A program made the position numbers and the translations under genes. From assembly GCA_035084275.1 (NCBI GenBank), contig CM068750.1, positions 6,696,001 to 6,760,000 of the forward strand: a DNA stretch of 64,000 nucleotides, read 5' to 3'. The notes under the pieces were generated by a model, which searched no databases, was not told the DNA's origin, and saw only the letters and a program-made list of their open reading frames with translations. Below are positions 25,210 to 37,200 of this stretch, in pieces (the first letter of the stretch is position 1; each line of letters starts with the position of its first letter). Source of the DNA: Hydrolagus colliei (Eukaryota).

Positions 25210-28200
25210 CTGCCAGAAGGGAGGGAAAATGTTATTCAGGAAATCATGCAGCTCTGTGATTAAAAGAGTGCACACCTAAACATTTTTGGACATCACCAAT
25301 TTAAATCAACATTTAACTTATTGCACTCAACAACATTTTTAGATGTCCGAAAGCATTTTTAGAGGATGACAAGTTACATGAAGCATCAACCCCGTGCTAT
25401 GTTGCAAAACGTTAGGGCTTTAGGAAAATAAAATGCGGCTTGTGCTGAGAAATCATGGCCTTGACGTACAATCATGAATGTTGGGATGTTGCTGGAAACA
25501 GTGCCTTTAGGCACAAGAATTGTGTCACTTTACTCTGTATAATCAGAGGCTACCTGGATAAAGTAACAAATTTAATTGTGTTCCACTGATAGCGCATTCT
25601 GGAGAGGTGGGAAGAAAGTGAAACTGGAGGCATAGCAATTTTTTTTTTTTAAATGACATAAATAAGATGGTATTTTCCATCAGGAGATTTTAAGGCACCT
25701 TACCATGTGGACAACTAGGATAGGCCACAGTTATTCCATACAGGTGCGATCGTTGATCTGGTAGGAACTCGTCAGTAGTACGGCCGTTAGCTTTATTTAC
25801 AACAATAACTCCATCTCTGCAAAGGAAGGAAAATTAGTGTCACGTGAGAACTGAGTTTACATTCAGTCATTTGTAGCTGACAGTGTACTCCGTGCCATTA
25901 ATACACAAAAATATTCAAAAAACAGGATTCAGATCAGAGATCATTACTGGAGGCATATTGAAAAATAATCTATAGATTTCAAGGAAATCTAAATCCAATA
26001 TATTTAGAGACATGTATTCCATTAGACCTATATTCAGCCTTTTAAAATGGTTCTCAAAAGCCCAAATGCATAAAAGTTAAATTATTGAATCTATAATATT
26101 CAATATCAATATCTAACAGTAAAATACTTCAATTTGATACGATGCTTTGTCATGGTAAAATGTCCCAACGGAGTCCCAATTTAGGAGTTATTTTAACTCT
26201 GAGTAAGTTTATGTAGGCAAACATAGCAGCTTTGTTAGCATCTATCCACAAACAACAATCTGTTGAATGACTGATTCAACTATTCTGATTAATATGCATA
26301 AGGCTAGAAAACAAGGTAACTCCCGGCTCTTTTTTGAAATATTATAATAATCCTTGCATTTGATATAGCGTTTTCATGCCTTCTAGATGTCTCAAAGTGC
26401 TTCACAGAATATACTGTAAAGTGAATTGACTGTATATTTATGGGCAAAACTCAGCAGTCAATTGTGCACAGCAGTGTCCCATAAACAGTCATGGATTGAG
26501 TGACCAATTATTATTTTTTCTTGAGGGATTGTTATCAGGCATGTGGAGTAAGGAAACTTTCCCAAGATTTCACTCTGCCAGGAATTTAACCAAGATTTCT
26601 CACAATACAGTAGAGCAATTGAATCTTTAATGTCCACTGGCAGGTGGTAATTTGGTTTGGCATACATTTCAATGAATAGCTCCATCAAAGTTTCATTCTT
26701 ACCTTCTCCAGTCTGTGTAGTAGAAGTGATTTGAATAGGCAACAATACTAAAGGGGTAATTTAGGCCAAGCTGTACCACACGTCTTCCTGTTCCATCTGA
26801 AAATATGCACTCCAGGTTTTTGGTTCCTTTTGATCCCAGTCCCCAATAAAACATATTAGAAGAGGTGTTAGTAATCTGGGACACACATACACAGGCACAC
26901 ACATCACATGCAGGATTGTTCACCCATGTTTATTCTTTAACCTTCAAAGTCTTCATGTTTAACTCAATTTAAATTCCATCACAATACCTACCAGTTTTGA
27001 TGATTTTTGACAACTATAGATTTTGTTTTAAAAATCCTTATCTCATGAAACGTACCAGCATCAGCCCAACACAGCTGTAAGGAGAAGGGGTCAAAAGTCA
27101 ATCCATTGGGCAATCCAATGTCATCTTTAACCAAGACCCTTCTATTAGTTCCATCTATGTAAGACATCTCAATTTTAGGAGCTTCGCGATTCCAGTCTGT
27201 CCAGTAAAGGTTGCTGGAGGGAAAGCAGAATAGGGTAAAAATTAAAACAATGTTCCATATCTAATCTGAAGTCAACATAGCCTGTCATTTAGCTTTTACA
27301 GAGCAGCCCATTATCTTTTGAGGTGATCTTAAAAGGAAACATTCTCGAGCCCCGGGCTTATTTCAATTCTGGTGGAACCTGGTGGCTTTGGAGTGCATTC
27401 TACCCAAAACAATTTAGCGCAATGTGAATTTCCCTCAGCCTTTTTAACAATGCAAATACTTTAGATCAACCATAAAGTCTGGTACCAACATCTGTACAAG
27501 ATCTGCAATAGCACTTAATTTCAATTGGTGTCATATGTTGAGAAAATCACACTGTTCATTTGCCAACAACTAAAACTCCATAATTGTACCATTGACTTAT
27601 GTGAAAACCACATTTTCTGGGGGAAGAAAACAACTGTATACAATCTTCTATTTGGCAGAACTCTTTTGAGGAGAAATTAAAACATGCATGTCAACACACC
27701 CACTGAGAGAATCCACCACTATTGCTCTGGGGTTCACCAAATTGGTATCAAAGAGAACCCGCCGATGAGAGCCGTCCACCCCTGCAACTTCTATTTTATC
27801 TGATCCACTGTCAGTCCAGAACATGCGTCTGCGAAGGTAGTCTATGGTCAGCCCTTCAGGACTAGTCAGTCCTAAAGCAGAAAGAATACAAGATGAGAAA
27901 AAGCCATTTAGCTAATGCAGTGCTTGGAGAAGCTACCTCGGTGAGTGGCTCCATACAGGTGCAAGTTGTTCTTGAATCAATCATATCCTTCCAGTATATT
28001 GATTCTGACATGGTGATAGCTGATTGCATTTGGAATATTTTACAATAGTTTTGATTCCTTTATTCTGGTTCAAAGATTATAAACCATTACCAAAGTTTTT
28101 TTGGATATGGTTCTAAACTTGCTTTTTGTTTCCTGTTTGTATCCTCTGGTCCTATGCACTTGGCTGATTTTGAAAAATATTCTGGATTTATTTCTTCTGT

Positions 28201-31200
28201 ACAATTGCAAATATTGTGCTTCGCTAAATCCAGCTGCCCCTTAAATGGCCTCTTTGCAGATGAGGTTTCTCTAATCTTTCTCCATCATTCATTCCTTTTA
28301 ACTTAGTTAGTTACTGTTTCTCAAACTTTTCTAATGTTCTTCTGGTATGGGGGCAAAAGCTAAACACAGCATTCTAGGTGTTATCTAACCAGTGCATTCT
28401 AAAAGCTTTAGCGTAACTAGAAGTACAAAGAGGAGATATCAGTCAGTCACTCACAGTACACCCTGCAATTTAGAGCAAATGGTATTTGGCCTCGCAGCTG
28501 CAATTTAGGTGCCAATTGATCTTTCCTGAGAAACTTTAGAATTAGAAGCTCCACTGGTGCCTTTACCCATTAGACCATAAAGGCATGAGAAGGTCATAGG
28601 TTTCATTTCCAATTTGTGCTGAACTCACTGATCTCAGTTTGAGTAGACGTTCGGCTGCTACAAATGGTGTCAGCACAACAGGTCTAAGGAATTAAAACAT
28701 CAGCCATGGTTCCCACACTTGATTTCTATATAGAAGCCCCTGTTGGATGGAACGGCTGTATGGATAAGCTTGGGCTCACTGTGATATCCAACTCCCTCCC
28801 CCACAGTCAAACAGCCTACAGACATTCATTCTCAATGCTCATAGATACATATTGCCCTCTGGGGTGAAGTTCCGAAAGGCACTTATGCCAGTTGGGAAGA
28901 TACCTCAGTAGAAGGAAAGATAAACACCCTCAGGGAAGGAGGACAGGAGGGGGAATATTGGAGGAGAAAGTAGCTATTTAATGAATGGTGGCAATAATCC
29001 TTGCATTACTCTGACTGAACTTTATATTCCAGTACTGTACTTAATTCACGCTACTGCCTTTGGGGTAACACACAGATATATCTGTAGGCTAGACTTATGC
29101 ACCCAAAAGATCTGTATTGCTCAATGTTTCAATAATGGGTTCAATACCGCATTCAAAATGGGTGCACTGACTGATTATTTAACTATGGGAGGCATCACAG
29201 AGGAACCAATCCTTTCCTCACTCAACATTTATACATATGGAAGATGGTGTCGCTTCGTAGGTCACTGGAGATCAATGGTGGCTGGAAGCACTGGCTATCA
29301 GCACAAACCAGGGATCTATCCTATGGCATTGCTGATCTCCACATCTCAGGATCCCACCATTTACAGAATATACTGTAAAATATAGTGACAGCATATTTTA
29401 TGGGTGAAATGTGGCAGCCAAAATTTATATGACGTATAATAATGTACATTTTTTTAAACAAAATGTTTACAACAGATTTTTTAAAAAAACAAAAGAGTTC
29501 AAATGATTTGGATTGATGTAAAAGCACACATTTCTGAAAAGAAATTCTAAAAGCAATTGTTATTTCAACTTACCTGAATTAATCACAATCTCTGGCTCGG
29601 CGCCAGTTTCCAAACTAATTCGGTTAATGGTCCGGCCAGCGACATCAGTCCAGTATACCATCTTTTCCCGACAGTCATAATCGATTCCAATAACAATGGA
29701 ACCCTTGGAAGAGGAAAGAAAGACCCAGGAGAAAAATATTAATCATTCAGCACAGCTCTAAGAAGTTCCCACAACAGAATCCAATGTGAGAAGCTTGTAG
29801 ATTTGTCTAACTGCCAGAGAACTTATCATTTATTTATAGGATTGAAGTTACTGACTTGTTTGAACAGACTTGCATAATTTACAATTTGCTTAAACTACCT
29901 GTCCCTTTGGACACATTTCCCAAATCTCCACATATAAAGGTAATGTGCTAGATCACATAGTAAATAATTCATCACAGCTGTTGGCAAAAACAAAATTAGA
30001 TCACTGTAGAGATAAGGGTTTATGGTGCTAATAAGGAGAAGAAAATTGTTTTTGAGGGGAAACAAAACATGCAAAAATTGAGTTGCCTTCAAATCAATGG
30101 TTTCTATGCAAGTGGTACACTTAAGCTGGTTCACAGAATATAGTATTACACCAGTTTTATGCATAGACCAAATGTGGCAATGATTTAGTGAGTGTTTAGA
30201 AAAAAGCTCTGTTGCCAATTTGTCTGTGTGAATGTGTGATCACGTTCACAACATCTGCAGTTGCATTCGATTCGTTCGTAGGGCCAAGTGAATGTGCTCA
30301 TTTTCCATTCTCAGCTGGACTAATCGTCACACAGCTTTTCACTGTAACCAAGAAACCATGGCACTTCCTTTGTGGTTACAATGGTTTTCACCTCTGGACA
30401 GATCTTGCACTGATCGGGTCTGGTGAACTCGGGTCAAGTCTGTGCTTGATTTGGCATGATTTCAACTTTGAGCCAATTGCATATGTGTTGAATAAATGTC
30501 CTTGCCCTACCTTCACCCCCCCACTCCCACCACCCCCCCCCACCACCACCCCTTTTCCCAAGTGCTAAACAGTTTTGGGGTATCCCAGAGGAGAAAGTTA
30601 GAAAAGAAGGTACATTACATGGAGAGCTAACAGGCTCTTGGCTCCTTCTTTGTTTAACTGAGTACCATTCAGGGGAAGGTACCCAATGTGCTGTCCCTGA
30701 GCATATAAAAGGAAGGTACCAGTAGATGGAGGGGTCACAAGAGGTGATGGAGTGGACCGTACAGTGGGAGGTGCAACAGTTGGTATACCTGGCAAATTCA
30801 ACAAAAGAAATATGAAGCACATTAGAAGCACATTTCACCTACAAAATACACAGTTAATTCAGTTTACAGTATATTTTGCGAAGTACATTGTAAATATCTC
30901 AGCGTCGTGCTAAGGCACTTTATCAAATGCAAGGATTATTATTATTACAGATATATTCCTTATGAGCAATGGAAGGTTACATAATTGCACTTTCACCAAA
31001 AGGTAGAACTAATAAAAGTAATACTCACTAAATATCATAAGACTGTAAGACGTGAAATAATATCGATAAGATGTGAAAAGTGCTATATCAAATGCAAGGA
31101 ATATTATTATGACACAGCATTGAAAGACAGAGCTATTTAACAAGAAATGATTGGGATAGTGGGTAGGAAGTGAAATTAGGTACTAAGTGTTATGGAGTGG

Positions 31201-34200
31201 AAGATGTGATTCTCACCAGCTGTATCAATGAAGGATTATATAAATTTACTGCTTGATTTTTTTTAAAAAAGCAATGAATTGTTGGTTAAACCAAGACATC
31301 TACAAAATGACATATTCTGCTGTCTCTGAGATATTCTGGGATTGGGGGCACTTAATCACGGCCTTGAGTGGGCATAAAGCTTTAGATCTGTTTAGATGTA
31401 CACATATATTCATACTCATGGCATTTGTCTAACCAGTGAGGGCAAGAGAACTATTCCCATTGACATTGTTTTACACTGACATGCACATCCCACCCTGTCC
31501 AAATTCATTCATTAAAGTGAATAGTATCAAATTATCAGAGGTGATCCCCCCCATTTAAATACCTGTAATATGAACTGCTATCAGAGTCATATCAAAAGCT
31601 CCAGCCACCTCCCATTCGCAGCTCTGACCTAACCAATCATTTCCAATCATTTGTTTCTTACTAGTAATTTTGGCAGATTGGTGCCCCCTCTCCTCATACA
31701 TTTCCCACGCTTGGCATTTAGCGGATTTATTTTCTTCTTCAAGTTTCTCTTAAATAAAAAACAATTTTATTCACTACCAGAATGAAAAAAAAGGTTCTCA
31801 CATGCTGGAAGAATGCCAGTCTGGGTTCCAGTTCCTTGAATTTCTCGACCATCTTTATCCACACACCAACACACACGGTCTCCACGACACTGCATGGGTC
31901 TAAAGTTCCCATAATCGTCACACTGGGGGATGTACTGATCTGCTGATGTCCTGCTATTTTCTGACATCTCTCTCCATCGTTCACACAGAGTCTGTGGGCT
32001 TGTTGTAGGTTCTGAAATCCATTTTAATGTGCCACGTTGAATAGAATTTCCTCACTTTGGTTTACAATATTGCTTAATGAGATATATGAACTAATAAAAT
32101 ATAGTTTATAGCTCCAATTTCAACGGCAGAACTAATAGAGAATAAGGGGAGCAGTTTATGAGTTAGGAGGTGATTTATTAGTCAAAGAAATTAAAGTGGT
32201 TTTAATAGGAAACTCAATGGAACATGGGTGCTTGTTTAACTTCAGCGATTGTATGATTTATAAAGATAACACTCATTCGAGTTTTATTGTACATCCAACA
32301 TTCAATCCATAATCAATCTATATCGTTAGATAAGGCATGTAAATGGTTTGGGATTTCTGTATTCTAACTAAACTGAACTATTCATTCAATTAACTGAACT
32401 ATAAATTATGTGCAGCAAATACTTGTATATAAATCTTTTTTATAAAGGATAAAATCACAGATTTTGATTTTGATTTGTAAGACCAGCTGATTCAAGGAAA
32501 CCATTCCCTTTGTCCATGGTCAAGTCGATACAGGACTTTGCATTTTCACTGCCCTACATTTAAAAAAGATTTGTTTCCCTTTCTTGGCACAGAAGCAGGA
32601 AGATCAGTAAGAGAATAATGCCGTACTCCAGGTTAAAAATCATTCCTTCTCAAAAAGGAAACCATTGTGACTGACCTGGAAGACCACACCGTGGTTGATC
32701 AGCTCCGGGGAAGGTTCTGGTTCCAGGGATTTCCTCTCCCCTTTCATTCACACACCAGCACTGGCCAATACTGCTGTGACATTGAAGTGGCCTGAATTTG
32801 CCTTCATCATCACACTCAGGAGCAAAGAAACCAACAGAAGGTCGAGCTCCATATGAACTGTATTCTACATTCACTCTGTCTCGCTGGTCCTCACATGCAG
32901 TCTTTGGACGTCTTGTTGCTGCAAATCAAAGGCAAGTTTGACAGCTTCTCTATAACACTTTTACAAAACAATGTACATGGTTGAAACAGCTTTGGACTCA
33001 GCCCAACCACACGAGTCTCCACCCATTGCATTACTCTATCTCATATCCTTCTATTCGACTCTCTCTCATCTGAAGGTCTAGCTTCCTCTTCATTGCATCT
33101 ATAATAATAATTTTTAAGAGTCCTTGCATTTGTGTAGTGCTTTAACATGTTATCACGGTGTCTCAAAGCGCTTCATAGGAGTTATTGTGAATTGGTGCAT
33201 CTGTGTATCAATTTCATACCAAAGACAATGATAAATTACAGGAAAGAAGGTTTAATTTCACACATATATACTTCTGGAATATGTGAATACAGTATTTTAC
33301 AAATAGAGTGTTATAATATGTTTCCAGGAAAATTAGTTTAACCGGTACAAACTGTGGGAAACGAATGTCAAAATGCCAATATTCAGCTACAATTTATAAA
33401 AGTTTACTGTAAATAATTTTTTGTAAAGATTTTTTTGGACAACTGATTTTGGAAGAAGTATTTTTTTTTAAAGTGTAATCCAGACAAACATGTTTGAATT
33501 TATTTGAAAACGACGCTAATTTCTGGTCATGTTTCTATGACAAAATATGCCCTGAAAATATTTTAAAACATTCCTTCCATCTTTTAATTCTCTGTGGTAT
33601 TTCACTCTGTATCAGTTTACATTCCAGCTGTGTTTAAAATCAGCATTTCTCTGCATGGACAATTTAAAGCTGTCTTTCTTCTCAAAAACTCATCCTATTT
33701 GCCACAAACATCGTGTGGAATATCAGACATAATAAACCGGCAGTTAACTTTACTAACAGTTTACTAACAGTCCCAAACAGATTACTATAAAAATGACATA
33801 TTATCTATTCAACTCATCAGTCTTATGCTTTTCTCCACCCTATTACAGTACATACAAAAAATCTTGATTCATCTATGGGACATTACCTCCTAGACCCTGT
33901 GTTAAATCCTTGTTCTGTCAGATTCAAATCAAATGTTGGTATTCAATGGAAATCTATGCTTTGGCGCAAAGCTAAGCTTTGACTGTCCTGGCAGCTCAGA
34001 CTGTGATTGACTTTAACCAGAAAAACACTTGAATTAGAAATCTCTGGGTCCCACGAGTCTGCACCCCATCAAACAAGATGTTTTCTTCATGGCATTACAG
34101 GGGCAGATCGGATCCAAAGTGACACTCAGGTCCATGGATCTGAAATCTACATTAATTTAAACATGGGTTCGATTTCCAGCTCATCATCATCCATAGATTT

Positions 34201-37200
34201 GTTTGAACGTATGAACCAGTCGAGGACAGCTGCAAAGGTTCCTGCATTCAAATGGGTTATTCATCAGCATTTGCCAAACAAAAAATATTGATTGACCTAA
34301 CGGCCCACACTGTTGTGGAACAGATCCAGACGGTGATTTGCTTCCAGGAATTTCCCGGCCCCAAACATCAACACACTAGCACTGGTCTATGCTGCTGTGA
34401 CATTGCAGTGGAACGTATTTGCCTTCGTCATCACATTGGGCCACATAGCTCCCGAATTGTGGCCAAGATCCACGTGGGCCAAACTCCGCTAGCGCACTGT
34501 CTCGCTGCATCTCACAAGCTGTCTTGGGACGTTCAATTGGTGCTGATCAAATGAAAACAAATTGGTTTTTCGAAACTATTGCAAAACAAAAGCACTGAGG
34601 GGCATTCTGACTTCACAAACCATCAGTTTTCCATCAGTCAAATTGCTCGCTTTAGGTCATATTAATACATCTTCTTACACTCTTGTGTGAATACAACAAG
34701 AAAAGTAATCAGGGATCTCCAGCTGGCCATACTTTATACATAAAAAGTCTCGGAACAATTTGAACTGCTCCATTATTATACCAGTCTTGATCACCATCCC
34801 AAATTAAAACTACATTAACTGACCTGGCATCTCACAGTGTAGCTGATCCGTTCCAGGTGGCTTTCTGGTTCCAGGAATTTCCCGTCCCCATTCGTCCACA
34901 CACCAGCACTGGTTCCCAATGGTGTGGCACTGCATAGGCCTGTATTTGCCATGTTCATCACACTGGGGAATGTGGATGGTGAAATGGGGTCTATCTCCAC
35001 GAGAGCTGTACTCGGCTTGCAATCTTTCCCGCTGATGCTCACAAGCAGTCTTTTCACGGTCAGGAATAACTGAGCAAATGAAAAGGAAATGTAGACAGTT
35101 TTACAAATGACAGCAGAATAAAAACAATGGAGACATTTTTTGACACCTTGGCTTAAGCTCAACTTTTCCACCCATTCACATGGAGGGCAATGGAACTTGC
35201 AAAGGTCAAGGATACAAATGTCGAGGCCCTCCTCCTAAAATGTGATCAATAACTTGAGTGAAAAATATAAGAAAATTGCCTAGTCCCTAATATTGGTTTC
35301 CCTCAACTAATTTGCATGACACTTGCCACACAGAACGATCAAAAAGGTAGACAATGTTACCTACCTTGGCTACCTTACCTTATTTCAATCTGCATTGAAT
35401 GGCCCTGTCAAATAGTTCAGATTGTCTTACACATTTGCCACTTTAAGATCACTGCAAGACACATAATGCCCATCAGTTCCTCTGCCTAAGAAACTCATAA
35501 AAGGAAAAAATAAAGGAATATTACTACTGTATAACTAAATGAAAGTGGTTGGTGAAAACCGCTGATTGCTAATGCTTGATCTAAAGAAGACAAAGTGAAC
35601 AATTATACAATGAAGGCAGGGCATGTGATGCACACAAAATTTGAAATGTGTTAAAGCAGCCATGTTCCATTGATGTTATGTGTAACAGTTTCCGGTACTT
35701 GACTTTAAGGGTAATGAATATTCAATTAACACAACACTGACTGACCTGGGAGCCCACACTGTGGAGCATTACTTCCATGTGATGTTTTTGTCCCATCAAT
35801 CTCCCGTCCCCAGGCATCCACACACCAACACTGGCCGACACTCTGGTGGCACTGCCGTGGAGTGAATTTTCCTTCTTCATCACATTGTGGGACATAACGT
35901 CCAGGGTGTGGTCTCGGTCCACGTGGACTGAACCCAGTTTGCATTCGGTCTCGCTCCTGCTCACATTTGGTCTTTGGACGGCCTGCTGATCATCCATTTC
36001 GCATTAAACACTGTCTGTGCATTTGATATTACACCACTTCAGATCAAATACATCCATAAAGCATTATTACAGTGTTAAGAATCCTTGCGTTCAATACAGA
36101 AAATGACTACATCACCCAAAAGTCTTAAAGCAATACACTGCAAAGTGTAGGGGCTGTGTATACCAGAAATATTTAAATCGAATACACATCTAATTAAGAA
36201 GTCAAATGTCCACATTTACACAATAACTACATTTTATTTAGAAAATATTCTTTATAGGGGGTTAACACTGCAAAAGCACATTGGAATTTTTCAAATCACA
36301 TTAAATCCAGATAAAATATGTGAGTCACTTAATATAAGAAAAAGCAGGGAATGCAGATGCAGCATTCATGGTTGGAACGTTAGATTACTTTCATCTGTCA
36401 AATAAGATTACCAGGATTAAAGATAATTTGTTCAATTTTTGAAGGGTTCTATAATCAAGATTGCTTTGTTTTTGAAGCTATTGCAGAGACGTTAGTATAA
36501 CATTTAAAAATGTATTGCTAACTGGAAAGAACTTCCATTATTATAAGTCTTTATTACATTGAAACAAACTTTTCAAGTCACTTCGCAAGTAATTAAGCAA
36601 TGTCAAAATTGTTTGGTCATTAAAGAAATGAGCCATTTGAGCCAGTAAAGACACACTGACAAACAAGAGTTGAACGACCAATTTATCTGTGGATTATTGG
36701 CCAGAATTCCAGAAAGTACTCCCTTCTCTTCAACTCATGTCATAAGATCATTAATATAGGAGAATAGGAAGTGTGGGGGCTTGTATAGAGTTTAATCACC
36801 AGCATGGATTATTTGAGTCAGTTTCCATCCTCTATCATTCCATGCAATTTGGAGTGATTTGTCCGAACAGGGAAATGGGATCACAGTTTGTCTCATCCAA
36901 AAAACAGCCAAGCACTCCCCCAGCATCACAACAAAATGTCAGCGTTCAGACTAAGAGTTATGTTCTGACATGAAGTTTGAAACCACAACTTTCAGTGGGC
37001 GGAGGAGTTGCCACGCTGGGATTTCTGCAGCTGGACAGCTCAGGAGTCACAAGCACAGGGCTGGTCAGTGAACGGCCAACATATTAAACTAAATTCAATC
37101 GCTTCCAGGCCACATTCTCAGAGCAGTTTCAGGAGAAACCAACTCAACTTGGCAAGTCTTCTCGAGATCAACAATAAGATAAAGAAATTAGAATCTCTTC

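Noticed and set aside
26827-26923. N-terminally extended version of the 26703-26826 exon using the upstream cccag acceptor
   Set aside because: In the required phase it reads D-Y-stop (AT TAC TAA)
35160-35240. Possible seventh TY relic between exons A and B
   Set aside because: Only a few short matches by eye; not distinguishable from chance without alignment
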